A stretch of 64,000 bases of DNA, taken from the NCBI RefSeq assembly GCF_009914755.1, contig NC_060925.1; one strand, given 5' to 3'. Both the position numbers and the translations under genes were made by a program. Positions 18,495-32,799 of this stretch are shown piece after piece (positions within the stretch are counted from its first letter, which is position 1; each line of letters begins with the position of its first letter). This DNA is from the human T2T-CHM13v2.0 reference genome, Homo sapiens. A model generated the notes under the pieces. That model saw only the letters and a program-made list of their open reading frames with translations. It did not search any database and was not told where the DNA came from.

Positions 18495-20439
18495 CTTCAT
18501 GAGTTTGTCCAGTTTTGATCTTTGAGGCTGCTGACCATTGGATGAGGTTTTGTGAAGACTTTTTTGTTTTTCTTTCAATGCTCGGGTTCCTCTTCTGCAG
18601 GGCTGCTGTGGTTTGCTGGGGGTTCACTTCAGGCCCTATTCACGTGGTTTGCTCCTGCGCCCGGAGCTGTCACTCAAGGAGGCTGGAGAACAGCAAAGAT
18701 GGATGCCTGCTCCTTCCTTTTGCATCTCTGACCTCGAGGGGTACCAACCTGATACCAGTAGAAACGCTCCTGTATAGGGTGTCTGACAACGCCTGTTGGA
18801 GGGTCTCACCCAGTTGGGTGGTATAGGGAGTAGGACCCATTTAAGGAAGCACTTTGGCTATTCCTTGGTGGGGTGGATGTGCCGTGCTGGGGGAATCCCA
18901 CTTGTCTGGGCTGCCCAGATTCCTCAGAACTAACAGGAGGAAAGGCAATGTCTGCTGGTCTGTAGAGACTATGGCCACCCCTCCCCCTATGGGTTCAAGC
19001 CCAGGGAGATCAGAGCCCCTGGCTGGAGTTGTTGGAGTTCCTGCAGAGAGGCCCCACCCAGTGAGGGATGGGTCAGAGTCAGCACACTCTGGCTGCAGTC
19101 TGCCACAGCCAGTGTGTTGGGCTTTGGGGATTAGTCTTGGGCCAAGCCCTCTAGCCACCCTGGCTCCAGCAGGGGAAAAGCGCAGCCTGGAGCTATAGAG
19201 ATGGCTGTTGCCCTTCCTTTTCCTTGGGAGCTTAGTGTGTTAGGCAGCTAGCAGTCCCAGTGTTGGCTGCCACCTCTCCCCTAAGAGTTCAGACAGCTTA
19301 GACAACAGGCAGCTGCCCCTCCCCCTGGGAACTCTGTAGGCTTAAGCAGATTCTAGCTGAGTGGCTGTTGAGAATCTACATGGCTCCCTGGTTAGTACCC
19401 TAGGCCCCAGTGGTGTGGGCTCACAAGTGGGGACTTCCTATCCGATCTATGGATTGCACAGTTCCATGGAAAAAGCACAGTTTCCCAGGCTGGGTAGCAT
19501 GCTCACTCACTGTCTCCTTTGGCTGGGGGTTGGGGGCTCCCATGCCCCATGTGGCTCTCAGGTGAGCCATTGTACCATATTGTTCTTCCTTTCTCTCTGT
19601 GGGTCATGCCAGCTGCCTAGTCAGTCCTGATGATGGAACTTGGATACCTGGATTGCTGGTGCTAGATTCACACACTGTTTTGGTTATTTTCGATGGGAGC
19701 CTCCAATCACCACTGCTTCTAGTTGGTCATCTTCGCCCCACATCCCCGGAAGATTCTCTTTGAATAGTGATTCAGATTAATAGTTCAAGACACATTTATG
19801 GTCTCATAGGAAAGTGGAGAATTCTGTAGACATTTAATGTATGTGATGCTTAAATAATAGCAGTGACAATGCATTCAGTAACTTAATAAAAATTAAAAAA
19901 AGTAAACTATAGGGTATTATGTAAGAGTACAGAGATATGAAGGAAGCCAGAAGAGTCTAATAAATGTTTGTCATCAAAATAAATTTTATTAAAAACTCTA
20001 ATAGCCAAAATGCAATTTTTATGAGGGGATAGAGCCATTTACAAACAGGGATTCAGTGTGTTAAATATAACACTGAAGGAATGAGGTAATATTAAGCTTG
20101 GCTAAGACTGTTTTTTTTTTCCACTCTTGAGCAGTTTAACCATTGTGCTTAAGTTGTTCAGTTAAATAAGTCAGATATATTGTTTGTTTCTTCATTGCCC
20201 TGATTGGTTGCCTGATGAAACAGTTCAGTCACAATGGCTGAGTTATGGCTGAATTGAAGGTGCCCATAAATACAGACTAGAGAGGATTATGTACTTTTCA
20301 AATTGGAAGACACATTATAGATTGCCTAGTCCAATACATGTAACCAAATCTGCCTAACAGAGCTAGTCTATAAAATCTCATTTTGGCGGGAACTTGGAAG
20401 GACGAAGGATACTTTTTTGGAAAATCTGACATTTGCCTC

Positions 20440-20610
20440 TTGCATGGTACTGAAAAGAGCTTGGATTGAGGAGTCAGAAGACTTGAGTTTAAGTCTTAGT
20501 TCTATTTCATATAGCAATGTAAACTTGGGCAGGTCACAAGGTTTGGATGCCTACCCCCTCAATGGTAAGATGGGGGCAGTAGTACCACCACACAGGCCTG
20601 TAGAAGAACT
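20440..20610 (+). mobile_element. MIR
   Basis: aaagagcttggattgaggagtcagaagacttgagttt...cttgggcaggtcac. Confidence 0.7.
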
Positions 20611-21284
20611 GTACAGTTGTTCATTGTGTTTGTGTTTATTAGTAATAATCATGTGTAGAACACATTTGACTGGAGGCAGTTTGTATTTATAGGCTATCTC
20701 TTATTGCTCATGGGTGTCCCTTTATTTTCACTAAATAAGTTGTGAAATGCCTAAGTGTTAGAAATCTGTTATTTTATTATTCCCTATTGCAACAAATATG
20801 GTGCTGTCCCCACAAGATGATTTTACTTCGTACTGTTGACCAATTGACTGAATCTTTGCCTAATCATAGGAGACATCGAGTGGTGGCTACCAATGAGAGA
20901 GAACATGTAATGGAATGTCATTAGCTGCTGTGTATTCTACCAGTAAATGCACTCATGTTAATGTTATGTATCATTAGTTTTGAAAATGTGTACTAGAAGC
21001 TTTTTGCTTTATGAAATTAGCTGAATTTATGAAGATAATTTGCATTTTTATTTTAAACATACCTTTTATGATAAGATTTTGATTTGAACCAAAGTATATT
21101 CACAAAATATTGTTCTCAGTTGAAGAACTTTAATGAGAAATGTACGTCCTGTATCATTCTGTCATACATTTAGCTTATTGTCTGCTGGAAGACCTGATCT
21201 TTGTCCAAAAGTTTGCTTTCCTTTGCAACACATTGTGCTATTTTTCATGCCAACTCATTATTCTGCCTATCATTAGATACTATT

Positions 21285-22950
21285 AATTCAATACCCATAA
21301 ATGAGCACCTACTATGGGTCAGAAACTGTGCTGTCTACCAAGGATTTAGAGAGAAATATAATACAATCCTTGTCCTCAAGGAATTTACTGTCTGGCCATG
21401 GGAACATAATTTTCATAAAGTCACCATAAAGCATTATGGCAAAGGCAGTGATGGTGTTCTGTACACAGTATTTTAAGATTCCTGTATTTCCTCCCTGTCT
21501 CCTAACCAGCCAGAGAGGGATCAAGGAAGGCAGGGAGTGAGGAGATGAGAGACAGAGGACACTACTCCATGGAGGACATTAATGCCTTTTTAAGAAGTTG
21601 AGTTTAAACCCATCTACTATGAGGAACATGGCAAGTGTAAGCATTGGAGTCAAAGATTTCCATGTTAGATCACTCTGGCATTTGTGTGTAAGTGGAATTT
21701 GAAGGGGACAGCAAGAACAAAGACAGCTACATTAGGTAGAAAGCCATTGCAGTAGTCTGGAATAGAGATGATGAGTTCTACTTGTGGTTATTTTCCATGG
21801 AACTGTAGACTGCCTAGTGTCAGAAGACTCTCCTTTCATTCTTTAAATATTTATATAGTTAATAGTTAATGAACACCTACCATATGCTGGGCACTGGGTA
21901 TGAAGAGACAATGAGAACATTTAGTTACTGTGAAAATAGAAAAAAATGCAGAAATGTGACAAGTGCTATGACGTAGGTATAATCAGGTATATGGCAGCAC
22001 CAGTGAGGAACTATTAACTCACCTTGGAAACCAGGAAACACACCACTGAAAGTCCTCCAGGGAAAGAAGGTACAGGTACAGAGGCATCCAAGCATGGGAA
22101 ATTGTATGTGAACAGGCACAGAGGCATAGGGACACATGGTCTCTTCAGGGAAACGTGACTAATTCTGCATATCTGGAGCACAGGAACCTGGCGGTGTGTG
22201 TGAAGGGTGCTATGCCACTGAAAGACTATGTGGTTTGCTTGGAAAGTGTTTAGGAAAAATTTTAAGTGGGGATACAACCTATTGGATTTATGTTTTGGAA
22301 AAATCTCCCTCCAGCAATTAAATGGACTTCCTAAAGAAAAGCATAGACCAAAGGAGACAGGAAAGCAAGGATAAGGATCTGAATAAAGGAGACAGTTGGA
22401 GAATAGATGAAAGGGCTCAAATTCAAGAATTACTTAGGAGGTGAAAATTATTCTAGAGATTCCACAGGACTCAGAGCCTATGTGAATGCATGACCAAGAG
22501 GACTGCAGGGAAAGCCAGGGTTCAGTTAAGGTGAGGAGGTCAGGCATGAGTCTATGAAAAAATGGAATATGTGTGGTCATACTTTTTCATTTTTTTAGAG
22601 CCATGGGGTATAAGTTCTAAGGTCACAGATAGTGTAAATGTTTGGGGATATGGGAATGAAAGCAACAGTGAAAGAATATGGATTGAAAGACTACGAATGA
22701 AGAGTCTGGGGGAAGAACAGGTGAATGAAGGGACTGCCACTTAGAGCATCTACCAAGAATAATCAACTAAGTCATTCATTCACTCCAAAAATGTTCACTT
22801 AGTGAGTTTATTCCATTCATATGTTGTATATATATTTATATTTTATTTATTTATTATTTATTGGGTTTATTTATTTATAACAAACATATATTTGTGACTG
22901 AGCATCAACAATGTACTAGGTACTCTGTGAGGTACTGGGGATACAGTCAT
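21285..22950 (-). mobile_element. Cluster of degenerate L2 fragments
   Basis: repeated antisense L2 3' ends (gagcacctactatgggtcagaaactgtgct; gaacacctaccatatgctgggcactg; gagcatcaacaatgtactaggtactctg). Confidence 0.55.
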
Positions 22951-23089
22951 GAACCATGTGTACCAGGAAAGGACCTACTAGACTCAATGTTTGAAGTTAG
23001 CTTTCATGTTAAGTTGACGTGGTGTTCATGCTGGCTGAGCCCTAGGTGGTGAGAGAAAACACGCCAGGAGCGGCTGTTACTCCTATAGG

Positions 23090-23370
23090 AGGCAGCATGG
23101 CACAGTCTATATTGGAGTCTCAGGAGAGCACAGAATATCCTGGAATGCACAGGCTCTGGACTCATCCAGGCCTGAGTCTGAGTTCTGCTTCAGTGTGTAC
23201 TGTTATGTCCCTGAGAAAGGAATTCAATCCCTCTGTGTCAGTCTTATCCTTTGTAAAATAAGGATAATGATAGCCACTTTGGAAATCTACTTGAGTATTC
23301 ATATGAGGTGCATATAAAGGTTAAGTAAAGAGCGTGGCTCAGAGTATGCACAAAAATAATTAATTGTAGT
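23090..23370 (+). mobile_element. MIR
   Basis: gcacaggctctggactca...ccctctgtgtcagtcttatcctttgtaaaataaggataatgatag. Confidence 0.7.
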
Positions 23371-24469
23371 CATCATTATTATTTGGTATATATATTTAGA
23401 GCCATAGGAGAATCAAAGACCTGGATCTTCAGGAGATAGAGACCTGCTCTGAAGGCACTGAAGCCAGTGTGGACTGAAGTTGCACGTAACATCAAAGACA
23501 GCTCTGTTGGTGGCCATAGAGATTGGCTTCCTGTGGAAGGACCTTAAGGTTGCAGCTACTGGAAATTTGCTTACCTTTCTACACTTTTTATTTTTTAATA
23601 AGTGAGAGCTTTACATTGTCTAATAGAGCTGAACCACATTATTTCACTTCCTTAGATTAAGTGTCCAAATTCCTTTACAGGCAATTAAAGCTAATGAAAA
23701 ATAATTTATGTGTCTAGAATCTGTTATAACTATCAGATCTCAGTGATTAATTTGGTTTATGATGCAGAAAACCTGCACAGTCTAAGATAAAATTGAAAAA
23801 GAGCAACATGAGGTGAGGTGAGCTAGAACTGTGATATCAGCCCAACACATTTTGCTAACAGACCGAGTATGCTGGAGTTTAATCAACTGAAGAGAACAGT
23901 GATGCTTATTGAGTGTGCTAATTCTCTAGGCAGAAAGCTTCCCAGAGCACACACAGCAAAGATAAACAAGGCCATGACTCGGTGTGGAGAGCCTGCACAA
24001 TTGTGGAGGCTGAAGGATCAAACAAAGACAATTATGATCTCGGTTGTCACAGCAATTCTGTTTATTTGGGTTAGATTGAGTTTATGGAGGGTTTGTTATT
24101 TAGGAGTCATTTTAGAAGGCAGACTAGAGTTATTATTACTACAGGAGATGTTGAACCTGTGTCTGATTTTATTATAGTGGGTAATGTTTACAGTAATATA
24201 AAACAGTCGAGTAGCAACATTATTATTTTCAGACAACTCATCTGGTGTTCTAACTTCCAACAACGTCCTCCTGACCACCTTACAGTGCCATCTCTCCCTC
24301 CAGAGGCAATGTTTAAAATACTGGAATAAATCTTTGAATCATTTTTTAAAATTGGACATTATTCAACTATTTCAAATTGAACATTATTTAAAAAGCAGAG
24401 TTTAAAGCAGTTATCTCTCCTTACTCCCAGTGGAAACCCTTGACTCCAAGTTGACATAGCTGAGATGAC

Positions 24470-24620
24470 TGGGCTTTGTAAACAGCTAGACTTCAGTTCA
24501 ACATCCATTTCCACTAGCTGTGTGACCTTGGGCAAGTCACCTATTATTTTGGGGACCTTTGAACCTATCTATAAAATGGCAGTAACTATGCCAGTCTAGG
24601 GTATCTGCGAGTAGCAAATG
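24470..24620 (+). mobile_element. MIR
   Basis: actagctgtgtgaccttgggcaagtcacc...tctataaaatgg. Confidence 0.7.
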
Positions 24621-25499
24621 GGAAAGCCTGTTTGAGCATAGAGTGCAAGAGCCTGCAATGCATGTTCTCTCCCTCTCTCTTCGCCTCACTAAACCACTCA
24701 CTGGACAGGGACCTGACAGAGGATATAACCAAGCTCAGATCCCAGAGGCTTGAATTCTAAGTGTCCCCAACATTTACTCATAGGTGTCCTTGGGCAATTC
24801 ATTTGCCTCACTGGGCTCCAGCCTGAGAATTGGGTTCAGGAGACCCAAGGTTTTTCTTGGCTTCTTGAGGAGCCTCCTCACTTCCATAGGTTTGCTCAGG
24901 CAGTCTCTGCTGCTGGCATAAGTCTTCTTCATCTTCTACCTGTCCTAATGCCTTCTGTTTCTCCAGCTCATAGTGATCCTTTGCTCTCTGCAATAGCATA
25001 AGGTTTTCTTTGTGTATTACTCACTGGGTGTGGGATTGTGAGCAGCCTTCTTTTATTCATTAACCTTTCCAGTTTTTTGTTCTTTTCTCCCTCTCTAGAA
25101 TAAAAAATCTCTCTGAGGAAAGGCATGTGTTTTATGCTTCTTGGCTTTCTTCAGTTTGTACCAGGAGCAAGGAAGCTGATTAATGGCACCTTGTTGAAGT
25201 AGCGATCAACCTTATGTGTACAAAAGCATAGCCATGTGACATTATCCATTTAGAACAAGCCAAAGTGCCGTTCTGGAAAGCACTGAGTGTCGCCGCCCTG
25301 CCCAACACAATCCACTTGTCCACCTCTTTCCGTTTTTTCTCCTCCTCTGCAGGGACCTGGGAATTTTCTCGAGGCTTACCTATGCATGAAGAGAACTAAG
25401 AGCCTGCCTTCACTCTGTGAATTTCTGTGGACTGAAGTCCTTCTCCAAGTTGAGCTGTGCAGTTCATACCATGACAGATTTTCCATTTCTTCCTCCCAG

Positions 25500-25620
25500 A
25501 AGCCTATTGGCAGAACCAGTCTGCATACTACACTGTTGTGGTAGGCGGCAGACAGATGTGACTCAGAGCATGTTTGATTTCCCAGAACATATTTCCAAGG
25601 GGGTAATGGCTAATGAGTTC
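25500..25620. promoter_or_regulatory. Candidate enhancer core (RUNX + AP-1 + STAT motifs)
   Basis: tgtggt 25537-25542, tgactca 25559-25565, ttcccagaa 25579-25587 within ~50 bp of repeat-free sequence; motif evidence only. Confidence 0.4.
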
Positions 25621-28600
25621 ACCTTTGAGTCTGCCAACAAAAGAGGCCCACAGAGACACCCAGGTCAGCTGAAATCTACCAGACACAGAGAAGACAGATT
25701 CCAGACACCAGCAGGGTCTACGAATGCCTGCTAGACAGCCATATAAAAAGAAAGCTACCTAATTCTGAAAAACCAGCTTCACTGCATTGGTCCATCTAAT
25801 CATGAGGTGATCCCACAGGTACACTTTCAGTGGGAGTAACAAGAAAAAGAAAAGGCTATAAGGTCTATGTTAATGAAGTCATAATCTGCATTAGGGTCTG
25901 TCTTAGGGCTCTACTTTTATTTTTTCATTAAATATTTGTTGAATTTCTACCATGGGTCAGTCCCTATTCTAGGTGCGGGGGATATATCAGACAAAAATCC
26001 CCGCCCACCCCACCCCTAGAACTCATATGCTTATATGAGACTTAAAAACAGCATCCAAATTTTCACAGGTTTACACTATTTTACCAACCTGAGCCCCTTT
26101 GCCTCTTGGTCCCCCAGTCTCCCAAGGAGTTATTCAGTGAGACTTTCCCTCATTTCTGCCAAGTGCCTAGTACTGTGCTAGCTGCTCACGTGTTGATTTT
26201 GATACAGTTCACAGTTCATAAAAACACCAAAATTGTTATGTTACCCAGGATGGTAAAATACACTTTCTGAATGTGTAAGTGATCATTGTGATCGTATGTT
26301 ATACTTTCCAACTCACTTATCATTAGTGAATAGCTCTTAAAGGGATTAAATGAATGATTACCCAATAATGATGAATAAAGAGAGTAAGAGTGGTATTAAC
26401 CTCCATCAGAACCACAGTACCATCATAATACCTTGCCTGTTAATAGAATTTCATAATTTTCAAAGTGTTTTTTCAGTTTTTGGTTGCTTAGAGTGTTGAT
26501 CGATCTATTGAAACCAACCAGAAATCCAGATTAGTTTAAAAATACATGTCTTGGATGCCCATTATGTGTGAAACACTTAGCTAGGCATGGGAAATTTACC
26601 AATGAACAAACGGAAATGAGACTCCTGTCCTCAGGGACATGAAGATAAAGACACAGAATGCTGAGGGAGTGAAGAGCCCCAGTCTTGGAAGGCTCAGGGA
26701 AGTTTCCTGGGGAAGCTGAATTTATACTTGGCCCTGAAGTAGGACTTCCATGCGTGGAAGACGTGGGGAGAAGATTTCCAGCTTCTGCTGTAAATGTTAG
26801 TTTCACATTGGCCTTATGACAGGCTGCACATCTGTTCCATTGTCTCTGGGGATGGTTAGAGACCTTGGAAAGAGCAGGTAATTCTGCATATTAAATTATA
26901 ACCCATTAGGCGGCCGGTTAGATGAAAGGGCCTGGCTTCATAATCTCTTTCTTTCCATGAAGTAACCATATGGTCACCTTTCAGCTGAAACATTGTCCTA
27001 GGACTGAACTGCCTGGAAGCCGGTGACTTTTTTTGTTTTATAAGATTAAAATTACTTTTCTTTTTTGATTATAAATACAATCAATGATAATTATTTTTAT
27101 AAGTTGGGGAAGGCAGAAAAGTATATAGAAGAACAAAGGAATAAAAAATGCTACAATGCAAATTCATAATTTGCATTTTGCAATATTTCTATTGAGCATT
27201 TTTCACTGATACAGTCATTCATTCACATTTATAACTGGGCTTCTTATGGATAAATAGGCCTGCATTGGTGTGAGAGGAAGAAGAAGGTCACACAAAGGTA
27301 GATTCAAGTGCTTAGCAAGACACAGTGGCATCTAATGAATAGGTTTTAAAATTAATAGGGATTTTTGGTTGGTTTTGACTTTTTAGAAATATTTCATTCT
27401 ATGAAAAATTGAGATATGGGTGGGATATGAAAATCTGAGATATGCATGAATATGTTATTATTTCTTACCATAAATTTTAAGGTACGTGTGTTTTTTAATT
27501 CTTGCTTTATAAAGGAATGCATTTAATAACAGAGATTCAACAAGTTAGTAGGAAAGGGATGCTATGCCCAAGTATGTCTAGGCAACATTTTGTCAAGGGT
27601 TCTGCCTATCCAGTCTCACCAATTCTGGATCTCAGGATGGTAACCAGGTTCAGATAGCACTGCTTAATAATGTGGTTCGATTAAACAGAAGTGGTTTAAT
27701 TAAAACTGACTGAGACTTTAAAAGGAGAGTGGATGCTATTGACTATGTGATCTCTGTTCTATTGGCCACCGTGATGTGCACAACTGTTTGGTCATGGACT
27801 ATGTTGAGAAACATTTTCTCTGATTAATAAGAGAAGAACCAAGTAGGCTTGGAGCTAGCTGGGGGACCAGCTAGAGAGATGGAAATCCTTGATTTCCCGG
27901 TGAACAAGAACATTTATAAAGACAGAAATATGCAGAATCTGTTGTTGTTGTTGTTTTTGAGTTTGTGGGGACTAAATCCCAGATCTGTTTAAGCATTTGT
28001 GAGCACTAATGCTTTTGTGAGAATGAATTTTTCTGAAGGAACTTACAAAAGTGTTGAGTTTCATGTTTGGGTTAAAGCAATCAAGCATGAAGACATATAT
28101 ATGGATGAAGGGCCAGGATGGAGAGAGAACTTCTCCAGGCCATCTGAGTTCCAGATAGATAGAATAAGTTACTACTAACATGACCAAATTGTGGAATGCC
28201 TTATGGTACTGATGTGAGAAACCAATCTCTCTTTAGAGCAATATGACTGTATGTTGGACCTCCCAGGCCCCCTTGGTAAGGCCAGTATTTCCTGGAGAAC
28301 CTTTCTCAAATGCATACCTTATTTTTTGCCTTCCATAATATCATTTCCATTGCCTTAAATTCTACCATCCCCTTTCCTATCCTGACCTCTCACCGCCTTC
28401 TATTGAAATGCCGCCTGCCCTTGACTTATCAAACTGTACTGTCACGGTTTGTTTGCTTGACTAACTCCTTTAGTTTATAATTCTCCAGAATGCAGGAACT
28501 GTGCCTAGTAAAATGGTTGGTATATAATAAACACTTGATAATTTATTGATTCAGTTACTGAGCAAATGTAAGTGGGACTTAAGTTTGCTTGATAAATGTT

Positions 28601-28687
28601 TCCTATTATTGACGTTTACTAAAATCCGGCTTACCTAAGGAATTTTATTTCCAATATATACTGACACTGTTTTCCTTCTCTGACTAC

Positions 28688-28900
28688 ATTTATTGGGTAC
28701 TTATTATATGCAAGACACTATGTGATCTCATTTAATTCTTACAGTAACCCTGTGTTGTAAGTACTATATTTCTACAGGTAAGGAAATAGAGTCTCAGGAA
28801 AGGTAGGTGACGTGGCCAAGGTCATAAAGCTGGGAAGTGACAGGACCATGATTTGTGTCCAGGAAGTCTGACGCCAGAGCTTACAGTCTTTTCTACTCAC
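28688..28900 (-). mobile_element. MIR
   Basis: atctcatttaattcttacagtaaccctgtg...acaggtaaggaaatagagtctcagg...ccaaggtcataaagctgggaagtgac. Confidence 0.8.
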
Positions 28901-30649
28901 CTCAGAAGTCCTACTTGTCCTTCAGGGCCAAGCATAGACTCGGCTTCCTCAGGAAACTTTCTTGCAGTTATTGTCATCATCTATCTTCTCATCTCACCAT
29001 TAGGCTGAAGGCCTTGTGAGGCAGGAATCATGTATCTCCTCTTTCTATTATCTCATTGTATGTGGCCAGCATCTTGTAAAGTTGTTTAGAAAGGAATTCC
29101 TACCTGTACTGGGCAGATGAGGGGAAGGGGGCTTGGGGATTTCTCTAATCTTACACAGCCACCCTCTGTCAGAGCCAGCGGTAGGCCCTAGGTTATCATC
29201 TTTAGTTCCAGGCTCCTTTCCTGGAAGAAAATGCCTTAGAAAATCCCTTTATAAACAATTCAGGAGGTGATAGAGTTCAGAGATTCTTAGAATTGCGAGA
29301 AACCACAATGGTTACCTAGATAAATGTCCTCATTTTAAACAGTAGGCCTAGAAAGGAGAGGTGACTTATCCAAGACTGTGGAGCAAGTTAGTAGAAAGTT
29401 TGGAGTAATGAAAAAACAGAGAACAAAACTTGCAGTTACCAGATCTGGGATTTAGTATTCACTCTGACACTTAGTTCTTATTGAAAGACCTATAACATAA
29501 AGTATAATTATTCAGATTCAAACCAAGTTGACAATGTCTTTTCTGTCATTGTCCTTGGCCTATCTACGTGCAAATAATAGTTTTCTTCTTAGTAGAAACT
29601 CCTTTTATTCCACTTGGCACAGGCACTATTTATTGAATTGCTTTAAAGAAGTTTTTTGTCTTGACTTATGTCCTCTTGCAGTCTCCTGGCTACTCCCAGC
29701 TGCAGCCTCTCCTCCCCCAGCCATGCTCCCTGCACCCTCCCAGCTCCCCATCCTCTCACCAGCCATTTGCTTTCTTCATGGATGCCAAGTCAGCCAATCA
29801 GCATTGCTTGTCTCCTTTCCTGCTGTGCTCCACATACCCAACTAAGGCTATTTCCTGGTTTCCATCCTGAACCAGGCTGAAATTGCTAAAATATTAATGG
29901 CTCCCTTTGTGAAAAATAACACCGAAGTGTCTTATTATAAATTAAAATTGCCAGAGAGTCAGAAACAATGACATGGAGGAAATAAAGCAAAGCTCTAATA
30001 TGAAAAAGTGTTTTAGGAGTTAAGGCAGGAGAAGATATCCTTAGCCCTGCCTTCCCCATCACAATGCTGGGATCTTGCCGTGGGAAATACCATCACCACT
30101 GGCTGAGAGTCACCTTCTTGACCACCTAGAGGGGGTGTATGGCAGGGTACGCGATCCCTGTGGTTTTGCCTGGCTGGCTCTTCTTCTGGGTCCACTGGGA
30201 GAGAGGATGAGGGAAGAGCAGCATGGATCAGAAAAAAAAAAAAAAGGCAATCTGCTGTGGATAAAGAAAAGAGGGACTTCCTGTGGTTAAAAATTCATGT
30301 GACATCTTGGGATGAGGAAGGTTGAAGGATGCTGAGAAAAGATTAGGCTGAACTCAAAGGCCAAGAAATGTGATTCCTTCCTTTGTTTAATCTTAAGTAA
30401 AGCATTTAGCACTTTATGTCTTAAATATCTGATTCCCCCACCACACTCTGTCATTGTCATCATTTTATTCCTGAGGTCTGCATGGTGCTTGGCACAAACC
30501 ACAATGCTAACCAGGATTTTCAGAATGAATGGATAAATAATCAGCAAGGGAAAGAGTAGAGAGCAAAAACTGACCCTGAATATTTTCAGCATAGTGAACG
30601 TTAATATTTTTATTTCTTTTGTAATGAAGAGTACAAATGGTTGGGAGCA

Positions 30650-31950
30650 GGACATCACAGGAGGAGGAAAGATAGCGCCATCTCTGCAGAAGAACTCCTG
30701 AGCCACACACAGAAGGAAAGTTGATCCCCAGGGCAGCCTTTCCCACCAAAAAAATCAGGCCCAATCCAGGAGAGTTTGCCAGTAGCTCCCCAGGGTTCCA
30801 GGGTGTCTGCCAGCCTTCCTAGGAATCGTGGGCAGGCTTCTAGGTGCCAGTGACTCAAACTCCTTTTTCCACTTCCCAGTTCAACCTGGTCACTCTCATC
30901 CCCACAAGTTCCCAATCTGAATCCCATTCTCTGACCATTCTCTGCTTCCTTGTTTTTAATCTCATTTGAGAGTGATCCTCACGGGTTCCCCTGGCCCCTG
31001 CACTCATTTTCCTTACTGGGTATGCTAACGTTTGTCTTCTAATTCAGGAAATCCTTCCAACCCTGTTTTCAGCTCTGCCTCCAAACCCTTCCATTTCCCC
31101 ATTTCACCTCCCAGTCTCCTCACTCCTGGAGCAAAGAGCTCCGCACTTGGATTGCTAAGCATGCATGGCTCATGTGGAGCAGGGGAGTGGGAAGATGTCC
31201 CTCAGGGCAGAAAGCCTGCTTTTGGTGGGGACCCTACGTATCATTCAAACAGGCTTAGCTGTAGAGAACCTTCACTGCACCTCTCCTCCAGTTCTGCCTC
31301 TCCCCTCCACTATGCTGAACTTGCAGTTCATTCTGCAGTAAAAAGCAGTAGCCAGGCTGCAGCTGGTGCTCCAGAAGCCCGGCTGTAAGCATGCGCACTG
31401 TATATGTGGTGTGCAAGGAAGCCATCATCAGTCATATAAAGCAGTTGCTATGAAACATGTGAAAAGTGAGAAACATGGTTTAATTGTGGATTTTATTAGA
31501 AGTGTGATACTAGTCAGAAAGGCCCAGGAAGTTGGCATTGCAGTTACCAGCTCAGGGAGAAGGAAAGAGAGCAGCAGAAACTTCTATAGGAGATCCAACT
31601 GATGTTAACATATGTGGACACCCTCCTGTCCCCTGGCCCCTTTCCTTTCACCCAGATTTGGTATGTGGCAAATCTAAACATTTGCAAATTCACAGTCGTA
31701 TTCAGTCATCCGGCACATTATGAACTTCCACTGGCGATCCCTGTGGGAGGGAGAGTCAGAAAATGAATGTCAGTGAGAAAGGACATGGCAGGAAGAATCG
31801 CTGCTGGGGAAACAGCAGCAGAGAACATTTGGAGGATCTGGGAACTGAAGGGACACTTAACCTCACTTTGCTCTTAGAAGACATCTTTATGCAGTTTCCC
31901 AAGAACCGACAAATCTGTGAGTTCAGGTCACCCTTGAAGGTGACTAATTA
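30650..31950. promoter_or_regulatory. Candidate enhancer/promoter island
   Basis: repeat-free, raised GC; CTCF/YY1-like tagcgccatct at 30673, AP-1 tgactca 30851-30857, NRF1-like gcatgcgca 31389, TATA-like catataaa 31433, ETS caggaagt 31525. Confidence 0.45.
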
Positions 31951-32073
31951 GGTCACTGGCTGTGTGGAGGCCTCTGTTCATCACTGGTGGTCAGCTCACC
32001 CCTGCTGCCTCCAGAAAGTACCTCAAGGACCTGTGGGTTAACAGCTTGGAATAAAAGCATTTATTTAACATCA

Positions 32074-32493
<420 letters not shown>

Positions 32494-32799
32494 CTATACA
32501 TGTGTTTCCCTTCAGAAAACACTGCTACAGAGGAATGAAAAAGTCCCTTAAATTAAAAAAGAAAATGGCTGCCATTCTGGCATCACAAGAATTGTTATGA
32601 ATTGCCTATGTGTTTAAGTGGTTGGGGATGGGAAGAGTGTACATAGCATTACTAAATTTTGAAAAATGTGGTGTGGATACATTTCAAGGAATGTTCTTTG
32701 CTCAGGGTGAATTTATGTTCTTTATTCATCCATTTACGAGAAATGTTTTGAGTGCCTACATTGCATGACACTCCTGTGGTCTAATACTGTTGAACAGTG

